From: an uncultured bacterium
Lineage (GTDB): Bacteria > Patescibacteriota > Patescibacteriia > Magasanikbacterales > GWA2-37-8
Length of the DNA stretch: 64,000 nt
Assembly (NCBI GenBank): GCA_937903605.1
Contig: CALCZC010000025.1
Location: 3,275 to 67,274, forward strand
Direction: 5' to 3'
Shown: piece by piece, positions 17,501-24,521 of the stretch
Numbering within the stretch: the stretch's first letter is position 1
Layout: every line of letters begins with the position of its first letter
Program-made: the position numbers and the translations under genes
Notes under the pieces: generated by a model
Databases searched by the model: none
Seen by the model: the letters and a program-made list of their open reading frames with translations, nothing else
What the model was told of the DNA's origin: nothing

Positions 17501-18296
17501 TCAGGATGGTGTGAACGCACTGCTGCGTATGGAAGATGAACCCGCAGGGGTAAATTGCGAACGCGGTGGCAAAGCAATCCTTTCCGGTTACGATCTGGAT
17601 AGTGATAATTACCTGGATGACACCGAAGTGCTTGCACAGAGTTATCTCTGCAACGCCAAGATCGTTTACTCGGTTGGCGCAGAAAGCACCTATGGTACAT
17701 TCACGGCCTATACAGCCAGCACGGTTTCGTATTGCAAAATATATGGTACGACTCTTGAAGCCGTTGCTTACATTAGCGATGTGGGTAATGCGGCGGTAGT
17801 GGCTACGGATTGGGAAGCGGTGGAGTGTTTCAACACTTCCCATGTCCGGGTGAACATCATTTCTTGTTCCGGTAGCGGTTTTGCGCAGAGCAATGTCGGT
17901 GTGTGCACTTATGACGGATCCGTGTATGCGCGTGGCGGTTTGGGGCAGACTTGTAAGCCCAATCGTGCGTGTGATAGCGGTGTCTGCCGACTTCTGGACA
18001 CGACCTGCATTACCAAACCCTCTCCGGGAGCGGGCGAATACGCTTTTTATTGGGACGGCACTATGAACTCCGGCGGAACCACTTGCGAAAGCTATGGTGG
18101 TAACTACTACTCACCGGTGGTGGGTCAGTGGGATATTTCCGGAGTGCCCAACTGTAATGCCGATCTCGGTGATCCGGTTAGGGGACTCAAGTTCTACACC
18201 GGGTGCATCACGGATCAGAGTGATTTTGATACTCTTGATCCTGCCACTCGTCATTGCACCGGTCCGGCTTATGCCACGGTGCTGGCGCCCTGGTAA
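14526..18296 (+). CDS. giant secreted lipoprotein with ~18 tandem EF-hand-loop repeats and collagen-like GXY runs (about 1257 aa from the preferred start)
   Basis: The preferred start is the MKNYFVFFIAVAMMLMLAC Met at 14526 (RBS ggaggtg); the ORF-track start is 14481. After the Cys come 8 GXY triplets (GRDGRDGRDGIAGQDGQDGQDGED). Then come ~60-aa repeats, each with a canonical 12-residue EF-hand loop D-x-[DN]-x-[DN]-G-x-[LI]-D-x-x-E, for example DTNDNGELDAEE, DLNRNGQLDVSE, DNNDNGVLDDPE, DENDNGLLDTTE and DINRNGLLDSTE. Each repeat is flanked by Y[VI]C[NH]G and EP.GTNC Cys motifs and short GXY runs (CNGVQGPQGVRG, CHGANGLPGANGQNG). The C-terminal ~215 aa is Cys-rich and has a YWD…GGTTCES module. 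Confidence 0.75.
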   Translation: MKNYFVFFIAVAMMLMLACESSKDGRDGRDGRDGIAGQDGQDGQDGEDAPVSLSRSEKASEEEARENCGEDIVNANWICTGVDENENGYLDDYEFAECHIECAGAPGHSALVAKTDTTQTECPNGGFHFLSGIDTNDNGELDAEEVLVDELVCNGVDGQDGIGDVVRTSTEPAGTNCQNGGQKIERGRDLNRNGQLDVSEITSTNYVCNGIDGTNGHDARTRTSITNDPTLCASGSGVIFESGTDNNDNGVLDDPEVSTTDVICDGANGKTTRMIVATEPAGTNCAVGGFSVVYGVDENDNGLLDTTEQSPAQYICHGQDGYSVVMRVTADIAVCSWNGYRLQFGQDLDRNGILDTGEETSDFYICNGSDGLISRINISDEPNGENCAASGKRIDTGMDINRNGLLDSTEITTTNYVCNGVQGPQGVRGYNSLSRITPDLGGTVCTWGGYYLEVGTDINEDWILDLDEVGHSAYVCNGIDGKTCSSILNDEPIGTNCAYGGKIVYSGCDDDYNGVLDLYEVVHTDYICNGATGAIGPAGYNALTNMQIAVSGCPNGGYVFTAGTDANDDQILDLTEVTVTNLICHGVNGQDGYTYRVQMVDEPVSTNCVQGGKAISGGIDSNRNGVLDPSEADDPVYICHGANGLPGANGQNGLSMAFVISVASISECPAGGEKLELGLDIDASGVLELVEVTSTVLICNGQNGQNGKNSLTTMTVEPIGTNCAKGGHLLLVGIDDNENGILDSSEAGVPQYVCHGLDGINGANGTNGHNALAMVTTSTLGFCPNGGSELRTGTDLNDDGVLNAGEVSSFALICNGQNGANGADGYSSRTTMISEPAGANCQAGGFFIISGTDTNNNGALDVTEIEYSGYICNGINGNPGSNAVTRGRLALVSECLNGGSIVETGTDSNNNAVLDDVEVMTISYLCNGDPGTNGQDGISYRVIITNESAGINCQAGGKKLEGGYDTNRNNILDPGEIVMTEYVCNGMDGQDGQDGVNALLRMEDEPAGVNCERGGKAILSGYDLDSDNYLDDTEVLAQSYLCNAKIVYSVGAESTYGTFTAYTASTVSYCKIYGTTLEAVAYISDVGNAAVVATDWEAVECFNTSHVRVNIISCSGSGFAQSNVGVCTYDGSVYARGGLGQTCKPNRACDSGVCRLLDTTCITKPSPGAGEYAFYWDGTMNSGGTTCESYGGNYYSPVVGQWDISGVPNCNADLGDPVRGLKFYTGCITDQSDFDTLDPATRHCTGPAYATVLAPW
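14760..17650 (+). repeat. tandem ~185-195-bp coding repeats (about 18 copies, diverged) within the EF-hand lipoprotein gene
   Basis: Protein-level periodicity of ~60-65 aa seen directly in the translation. The DNA copies are diverged, so these are old repeats. Confidence 0.7.
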
Positions 18297-18315
18297 GTTG
18301 CTTTAGTTCATTTCA

Positions 18316-18343
18316 GGCGGTCCTTCTAGGACCGCCTTTTTTA
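18316..18343 (+). terminator. Rho-independent terminator
   Basis: ggcggtcc-ttct-aggaccgcc followed by tttttt. It is a structural paralog of the terminator at 19876. Confidence 0.7.
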
Positions 18344-18353
18344 TTATAGGTAT

Positions 18354-18382
18354 TTGACATACATTGATGAGTGATATATAAT
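18354..18382 (+). promoter_or_regulatory. sigma70 promoter TTGACA-17-TATAAT
   Basis: -35 ttgaca at 18354-18359 and tataat at 18377-18382. Confidence 0.55.
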
Positions 18383-18447
18383 GGTTTGTTAAAAGTTCTT
18401 TGATATTTTAGACAGATAATAAACCATAATTCATGATGGAGGTTGTC

Positions 18448-19854
18448 ATGAAAAGTGTAGTTTTGACCGCGGTTGCGATCTTTTTTGTTTCCATGTTTTT
18501 CATTTCCGGATGTGCCAACTGTAATTATTCCGAACAGTTGGGAGCGTGTCTTGAAGAGACACCGGATAATGGTGTTGACAAAGAAAATAATGACAATTTT
18601 GTTTCAGACAAAGAAATGACTGATGAAGAAGCCAACAATTTGCCAAAAATCGGTGAAGAAGGCGGAGGGTGTTATCCAAACGATACTTGTGACTCCGGTT
18701 TGAAGTGTATCAAGATCAATGAGAAGATGATGTGTATCAAATTGTCCGAAGAAAAAGATGCAGAGGTTGAAGTTCAGGATTTTGCTGTTGAAAACGAATT
18801 ACCTGATAATGATACTGCATCAAACACTGAGAATGATTCTTACTATCAAGATGACACTGAATCATCTGATTTTGAAAATGAGATACCGGATGTTGATCAT
18901 GTTATCAAATGTGATAAACCGGTTGTAGCCGTAGCCTTCAAAGGACCGCAAGGTTATTGTGGTGGCCAATTTCCTTTTGGCCGTTGGCATGACAATGCGG
19001 TTGTTAAAACCGGACAAGAAGTGACCATAGTAGTTGCCAACCCGTTGGGGACTATTCCGACAGGATACAATCTTGCCAATGAGCTCAAGATAATGGTAAA
19101 AATTTCCCAAGATACGGATTATCTCAACAGTAACTTATCTAATGGATTTTTTATTGGAAACAACGCGCTGACCATGGGTCTTACACCGGGTGGTGGTAAC
19201 AAAACGGAAATGAAATTGATTTTTGCAAAAAAATCATCTTCCATTATGGAGCCACAGAAAGTGATTGTCTCCATAGTTCAAACCACCGGTTATGACGGAT
19301 ATGTTGCCCTTGAGAAAGATAAGTTCGGCGGAGTCTATTGTAGCCCCCATGGAACCTGTCCCGTTTTTAGCGAAGTGATTTTGTGGGTAGTCGACTCTTC
19401 CGATTCCATTCAATGGGGTGAACTGAATCAGAGATGTTTGCCGGATAAAAGATGCTCGCGAAATTATTCCGACCAGTGTGTATCCGGTGACGATCAAGAA
19501 TACTTTTGTACCCAATATGGAAATACTTGTGTTTCCAAACCAAAATTGGAAGTGGATCAGGAATATCGCTATTGGGATGCTACCATAGATTGGTATACAG
19601 GTTCGAACTCCGTTTATAACGGTAAAACCACCTGTGAAAGCAAAAGTTCGAGCAATCGTTTTTGTTATCCACCCGATCCATGGACTTGGAATAACGATAG
19701 TGTTTTACCTGCCTGCCAATGCAGTGACAACTCCTTGTTTAAGCCGGCTGGTGCAATGGGATGCGTTGTTGATAAAGGAAGTCGGTGGGTAGATTGTAAA
19801 AGCGATATTTTTTGGAAATACAATTTTTACTCACCCTCCTATATCTGTCAGTAG
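18448..19854 (+). CDS. acidic Cys-knot secreted lipoprotein, family member 2
   Basis: Preferred start MKSVVLTAVAIFFVSMFFISGC-ANCNYSEQLGACLEETPD (RBS ggaggt). The N-terminal module is near-identical to the 13323 protein. It has the GGGCYPNDTCDSGLKCIKI knot and a C-terminal YRYWDATIDWYTGSNSVYNGKTTCESK module. Confidence 0.7.
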   Translation: MKSVVLTAVAIFFVSMFFISGCANCNYSEQLGACLEETPDNGVDKENNDNFVSDKEMTDEEANNLPKIGEEGGGCYPNDTCDSGLKCIKINEKMMCIKLSEEKDAEVEVQDFAVENELPDNDTASNTENDSYYQDDTESSDFENEIPDVDHVIKCDKPVVAVAFKGPQGYCGGQFPFGRWHDNAVVKTGQEVTIVVANPLGTIPTGYNLANELKIMVKISQDTDYLNSNLSNGFFIGNNALTMGLTPGGGNKTEMKLIFAKKSSSIMEPQKVIVSIVQTTGYDGYVALEKDKFGGVYCSPHGTCPVFSEVILWVVDSSDSIQWGELNQRCLPDKRCSRNYSDQCVSGDDQEYFCTQYGNTCVSKPKLEVDQEYRYWDATIDWYTGSNSVYNGKTTCESKSSSNRFCYPPDPWTWNNDSVLPACQCSDNSLFKPAGAMGCVVDKGSRWVDCKSDIFWKYNFYSPSYICQ

Positions 19855-19875
19855 TTGATAATATAGTTCTTTTTA

Positions 19876-19903
19876 GGTGGCTCTTCTAGAGCCACCTTTT
19901 TTA
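19876..19903 (+). terminator. Rho-independent terminator
   Basis: ggtggctc-ttct-agagccacc followed by tttttt. Confidence 0.7.
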
Positions 19904-19966
19904 TTTAGTAAAAAATGGCTTAAATAAGCAAAATTTATTTTGGCTAAGATTAGCTAAGTTTACCCC

Positions 19967-19995
19967 TTGACAAAATCGTCAAAATGTGCTATAAT
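19967..19995 (+). promoter_or_regulatory. sigma70 promoter TTGACA-17-TGTGCTATAAT, with a ~205-nt leader
   Basis: -35 at 19967-19972 and extended -10 at 19985-19995. The promoter and leader start (…tataatatcacgttacaatcaaaaag) are paralogous to 11881-11930. The leader contains gagagag/ctctctc inverted repeats. Confidence 0.6.
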
Positions 19996-20201
19996 ATCAC
20001 GTTACAATCAAAAAGCGTTGGAGAGAGCGCGGAAGTAATAAAAGGCCAAATTCCGTATCTCTCTTTATCAAAAGAGAGTTTTGTTTTTCTAGCCCATTAT
20101 CCCATCAACTAGATTGATTGGATAAAGGAGAGAAAAAATAAAAATCAGGTTCCTTACAATATAGAGTTAGAGTCCAAAAAACCAATAAGTGGAGGAAAAC
20201 C

Positions 20202-21362
20202 ATGAAAAAGCTCATCACCACGGTTGTGGTCGCCTTCTTTTTCGTCGCCTGTGGCGGCAGCAATGTCAACAATGTCAATGACGAATTCGTCGGCAACGAC
20301 GAAAGCATCAATGATGAAATCACCGACAACGAGACTCCCGATGAGATCGTCAGCGATGACGAGATTAACTGGGATGAAGTCGGCCATGAAGGGGAGCCAT
20401 GCTTCCCGAACAATACTTGTCACGAAGGGCTTAAATGCCGTGACGGCAAGTGTGTGGACGACGGTGGCATGTCCGATACCGGTAAACTCAATCATGAGTG
20501 TTACCCGGACGGTTCATGCAGATCAGACGACATGATCTGTGAGGAAGGAATTTGCGTCGAGCGTAAAGCCGATGCGGATGAAACTCTCACGGATAATGAA
20601 GTCGCGGATGATGTTGTGACTGATGACGAAACTTCGGATGAAATCATTTCCGATGAGGAAGTGGTGGATGAAGAAGTGATGACTGACAACGACATCGTTG
20701 ACAATCCCGTGGTCGACAATGACACGGCCGAAGATCCTCTGACCGGGATTGAAGCGGGACATCCCTGCTACCCCAACAACACCTGCGATAGTATCAAAGG
20801 TCTTGTATGTCAGAACGGTCTCTGTCAGTATCCTGGCACCACGCCGGATGTTGATACTGCGACTCCGGACGAGGACGAAGTCCTTGTCGATGATGAGACA
20901 GTCACTGATTCCGACGTTGCTTCTGATGAAGAAGTGACAGACGATGATGTGCTTCTCACAGAAGAAGAACCGGTGGTTGATAATGATACCACTGAAGTTC
21001 CGGATCAGGACAATCTGCCGTCCGACATCGGAAACAAGGGGCAGAGTTGTTACCCCAACCACACCTGTAATGGTGTGCTGGTCTGTATCGTTGGCACTGA
21101 AATATGTGCTGATGAACCGATTGCTGTCCTCGGACAGTATGAGGGCAGATGTTGGGACTACAAGGATCCTCTTACAGGAAAAACCACCTGTGAAAAAGAG
21201 GGCTGGTACTGGTCTCCTGCTATCTGGGCCGAGACTTCGGACCAATTCCCGCTTTGTATCGGTAGCAGCACCAGACGTCCGTATCTTGCGGAATGTCAGT
21301 TGCAAACCAACAGCGGAGAGCCTCGTAGTTCGGTGTGGTATAAATATCCGACCACGCCGTAA
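20202..21362 (+). CDS. acidic Cys-knot secreted lipoprotein, family member 3
   Basis: MKKLITTVVVAFFFVAC-GGS lipoprotein-like signal. Four knots (EPCFPNNTCHEGLKCRDGKCV; HECYPDGSCRSDDMICEEGICV; HPCYPNNTCDSIKGLVCQNGLCQ; QSCYPNHTCNGVLVCIVGTEICA) are separated by long D/E/T/V-rich linkers. C-terminal module CWDYKDPLTGKTTCEKEGWYW. Confidence 0.7.
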   Translation: MKKLITTVVVAFFFVACGGSNVNNVNDEFVGNDESINDEITDNETPDEIVSDDEINWDEVGHEGEPCFPNNTCHEGLKCRDGKCVDDGGMSDTGKLNHECYPDGSCRSDDMICEEGICVERKADADETLTDNEVADDVVTDDETSDEIISDEEVVDEEVMTDNDIVDNPVVDNDTAEDPLTGIEAGHPCYPNNTCDSIKGLVCQNGLCQYPGTTPDVDTATPDEDEVLVDDETVTDSDVASDEEVTDDDVLLTEEEPVVDNDTTEVPDQDNLPSDIGNKGQSCYPNHTCNGVLVCIVGTEICADEPIAVLGQYEGRCWDYKDPLTGKTTCEKEGWYWSPAIWAETSDQFPLCIGSSTRRPYLAECQLQTNSGEPRSSVWYKYPTTP

Positions 21363-21641
21363 ATTCTAACTCTAGGATTTAACATAATGGACCGGGCACC
21401 TGACTTTACGTCAAGGCCCCGGTCCAATCTTTATATGAGATTGTCACATTCTCTCCTGATGACGATCTCAGATAATATCAAAAAACCTTTCACTTTTCGT
21501 GAGGGGTTTTTTGTTTTATAAGAGGGGAAAGTGTGATATAATATATTTAAATAATAAATTCAAAATCTCAAATCCCAAATTATTTGGAACTTGTGATTTT
21601 TAATTTGTAATTTATTTTAAATATTAATATTTAAAATCTCT

Positions 21642-22964
21642 ATGTTTATTCGAAAAATTGTTTTTTTAACGGCAGTGTTTTTATTTATGCCGTTGGTTGT
21701 TTCTGCTGAAACAACTTCTACCACGTCAACGGTAGAAACTATTGTGTTCAAGGTTTTTAACGCTGATTGTGAAAATATCTCCGAAGGCCTTTTGGCCAAT
21801 AGTTGTTATGTCAAAAAAGCCGCTGATAATCTGGATTGTTCGTATTGTGAAAAAATAAATTGGTTTGGCGGGCGTGTTTCTTGCTGTGTCGGTGTGATAA
21901 ACAGTTTCACTCGAGAGGGATTGTGTGACAATTTGACCGAAACAAAATTGAAAGAAAAATGTTTATTACATTTGGCAGTCAAAACCAAAAACGGAGCTTT
22001 GTGTAAACAAATAAAAGATAAAAATGAAAATTTTGCTTGTCGAGCTGAGATAGCCAAGCAAGCTACTGATTTGAAGCAGTGCGATAAAATGAATAAAATA
22101 GAAAAAGATTATTGCCTTTTGAAATTTGCAGAAACGCAAAAGAATGAAAAAATTTGCGCCAAAATAGGTGAACGCGGAGTTAAAAGATTTTGTTACAATA
22201 AATTGGCGGTGTTAAAAAACAATGAAAAGCTTTGTCCTTTAACTGCTAATGCGGATAAATGTTATTTGGCAGTAGCGGAAAGTAAAAAAGATGGAGCGCT
22301 TTGCGCTAAAATCAAAGACGGGTCTTTGGTTGGGTATTGTTTGGACAGAGTGGCAATAGTTAAAAAAGATTATAATGCTTGCAATTTGATAAAAGGAAAT
22401 TATAAATTTGATTGTATTTTTGATGTTGGTAAAGCAAAAGGTAGCGCCATGTCTTGTGAAAAAATAACGGATAAAGAAAAAAATTATACATGTGTTACGC
22501 ATTTTGCGACAGAACGTGAAGATTTGAGTTATTGTAATTATCTGAAAGATAAAACTAAACTTACTGCATGTACCGACGAAGTAGCAAAAACCATAAATGC
22601 CAGAGTTCAAGACGCTCAACGGATATCCGATTTAAAATCTATGCAAACGGCTTTGGAACTTTATTTTATGGATAATAATGAATATCCAGAAGGAAAAGAT
22701 ATTGTTCTTGGTGGTTCAAATGGAGTTTGTTTGATAAATACCGGAATTGAAGGAGAAAATTGGACCTGTCCGGAAAATCCGACAGTTGTTTATTTTAATA
22801 GTATTCCCGCAGACCCTATTAACACTGGTATTTATACTTATACCTATACCAAAACCTCTGGAGTCTCACCTTGTTATCATATTATTGCCAGATTTGAAAC
22901 AAATTATGGCGAATATAAGGCCGGGCCGTTTTATGTAAGTTGTGAAGGTGGAATTTTTCAGTAA
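21642..22964 (+). CDS. secreted Cys-repeat protein with a C-terminal type IV pilin / T2SS pseudopilin-like domain
   Basis: Signal peptide MFIRKIVFLTAVFLFMPLVVSA. About 7 tandem ~35-aa repeats carry spaced Cys (…K.GALC.KIKD….C….A). The C-terminus (ARVQDAQRISDLKSMQTALELYFMDNNEYPEG……CPENP) resembles the pilin-like globular domain (RDA.R..DL……LE.Y..DNG.YP). Confidence 0.6.
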   Translation: MFIRKIVFLTAVFLFMPLVVSAETTSTTSTVETIVFKVFNADCENISEGLLANSCYVKKAADNLDCSYCEKINWFGGRVSCCVGVINSFTREGLCDNLTETKLKEKCLLHLAVKTKNGALCKQIKDKNENFACRAEIAKQATDLKQCDKMNKIEKDYCLLKFAETQKNEKICAKIGERGVKRFCYNKLAVLKNNEKLCPLTANADKCYLAVAESKKDGALCAKIKDGSLVGYCLDRVAIVKKDYNACNLIKGNYKFDCIFDVGKAKGSAMSCEKITDKEKNYTCVTHFATEREDLSYCNYLKDKTKLTACTDEVAKTINARVQDAQRISDLKSMQTALELYFMDNNEYPEGKDIVLGGSNGVCLINTGIEGENWTCPENPTVVYFNSIPADPINTGIYTYTYTKTSGVSPCYHIIARFETNYGEYKAGPFYVSCEGGIFQ

Positions 22965-22988
22965 AATTTAAGTTATACCTTTGAAAAC

Positions 22989-23016
22989 TCGGCTTCGTAA
23001 AAAGAGCCGAATTTTC
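22989..23016 (+). terminator. candidate terminator hairpin
   Basis: ctcggcttcgtaaaaagagccgaa followed by a T-rich run. Confidence 0.4.
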
Positions 23017-23045
23017 TTGATTTTTAGCGAAAAATGTGCTATAAT
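23017..23045 (+). promoter_or_regulatory. sigma70 promoter TTGATT-17-TGTGCTATAAT
   Basis: -35 at 23017-23022 and extended -10 at 23035-23045. The ORF-track ATG at 23034 lies inside the promoter, so the true start is 23055. Confidence 0.55.
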
Positions 23046-23054
23046 TTAGATAGT

Positions 23055-24521
23055 ATGACAAATCTTTGGGAAACATACAAAGAAGAGTTATGGTGGTCGG
23101 TTTTGGCTATATTTACGATGTCTGGCTATCTTTTATATTACTTGAATATAGGCCAAAATCTTTGGATTTATGCTTTTGCTGTTTTGGTGGTCGGATTGGC
23201 TATTTTGAAATTTCCTCAAATAGGATTATATGTTATATTTTTTTGTACTTTGATTTTTGAGCGACATTTTACTTTACAAACGTTGGTATTTAGAGAAATT
23301 GAATACAAATTATACCCACTTGATATTGTTATTCTTATCATAATTCTTTCAATTTTTCTGAAATTTTTTGCTCAACACGATAAAGAAGAAAATATAATCT
23401 TTAATAAATTTGATTATCCGATATTTCTCTTCGGTTTATCCGCTACTTTATCCTTTATTTATGCGATGTTGATAAGAGTTGATCCGGCAACAGCTTTCGG
23501 GGCTTATAAAAATTATTTTCTTTACGCTATCATTTATTTTATAGCTCTTGTTGTTTTAAAAACAAAAGAGGATTGGGAAAAAATGATGTTCTGGATAACT
23601 CTGGGAGCAGGTTTGATGTTTTATTTTCTGGGTTATGGATTGTTGACCGGACATGGATTATGGAGTGAATATACACCGCTTTCTACCGCTGGTGAAAGAT
23701 TGATAGCCGGGACGCACGCCTTTTATTTTATGATTTTTGGTTTTTGGTTGACAGCTCTTTATTTTTGGAAAAAAGAAGAAAAAAAATTATTTGGAAAAAA
23801 AGAAATATTGATAGCTATTTTTCTTATATTAGCAGCCCTGCTAGTTTCTCTGGTACGTCATTTATGGTTAGCGTTGATTTTGATTTTGCTGCTGTGGTTG
23901 ATCTTTTTACCTTCAAACAAAAAAAAGATTCTATACAATATATTTACCAGAACTATTTTGGTTGCTGTTACAGCATCAGTCGTTTTTATTTGGCTTTATG
24001 GTTTATTTTCCGGAGATTTTCCTTCTTTCATAAACAAATATATTTATGTTTTTAAGGAAAGAGCCAGTATAGTCAATGTGGTCAATTTACAAGACGAGAG
24101 CTTCCGTTGGCGTATTTCTGCTTGGGTGGCAGGATTATCTTTGTGGCAAACTTCGCCTGTCTGGGGAATTGGTTTAGGTCATCAAATAGTAGGATATGAC
24201 GAACTTTTCTTTTTTGATATTCCGCCGCGCGATCTCCATAATAATTATTTAGGTATTTTTATTCAGATGGGTATTCTGGGAATTTTAGCGGTAATTTATT
24301 GGTTTATTTATTTATTAAATAGTTTACAAAAAATCTGGTTGTCCGTAAGAGAAAAAGGGGATTTTAACACTCAATTATTTTTTATTTGGGGAAACACGGT
24401 GATATTGTTTATGATCGTATTTTTCATCTCTGTTTACTGGGACATAAATCTTTTTGTTATTTGGTGGTGGCTGTCTTTGGCGGCTATAAGATTTTTGGCA
24501 AAAGAAACCGAAAATATATGA
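23055..24521 (+). CDS. O-antigen ligase/polymerase-like (Wzy_C family) membrane protein
   Basis: A polytopic protein with the periplasmic-loop motif RWRISAWVAGLSLWQTSPVWGIGLG…HNNYLGIFIQMGILG, typical of the O-antigen ligase domain. Confidence 0.6.
   Translation: MTNLWETYKEELWWSVLAIFTMSGYLLYYLNIGQNLWIYAFAVLVVGLAILKFPQIGLYVIFFCTLIFERHFTLQTLVFREIEYKLYPLDIVILIIILSIFLKFFAQHDKEENIIFNKFDYPIFLFGLSATLSFIYAMLIRVDPATAFGAYKNYFLYAIIYFIALVVLKTKEDWEKMMFWITLGAGLMFYFLGYGLLTGHGLWSEYTPLSTAGERLIAGTHAFYFMIFGFWLTALYFWKKEEKKLFGKKEILIAIFLILAALLVSLVRHLWLALILILLLWLIFLPSNKKKILYNIFTRTILVAVTASVVFIWLYGLFSGDFPSFINKYIYVFKERASIVNVVNLQDESFRWRISAWVAGLSLWQTSPVWGIGLGHQIVGYDELFFFDIPPRDLHNNYLGIFIQMGILGILAVIYWFIYLLNSLQKIWLSVREKGDFNTQLFFIWGNTVILFMIVFFISVYWDINLFVIWWWLSLAAIRFLAKETENI

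Noticed and set aside
14463-17843. Three very long minus-strand ORFs (339, 315 and 452 aa) antisense to the EF-hand repeat gene, plus similar antisense ORFs at 12053-13054 and 20523-21305.
   Set aside because: They lie entirely antisense to strongly supported, repeat-structured, GC-rich coding sequence. High-GC repetitive codon-biased DNA suppresses stop codons in antisense frames. The antisense translations are low-complexity (T/V/G/I-rich) and have no start context or RBS.
19590-19615. ggttcgaactcc motif resembling a tRNA T-arm.
   Set aside because: It lies inside a well-supported CDS (…GSNSVYNG…) with no acceptor or anticodon arm context, so it is coincidental. No convincing tRNA was seen anywhere in the window.
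12000-21500. Mobile-element hallmarks at the island borders (integrase, transposase, tRNA target, direct repeats).
   Set aside because: None were found by reading both junctions. The left flank is a promoter and leader, and the right flank holds terminators and AT-rich DNA. The island cannot be called a mobile element from sequence alone.
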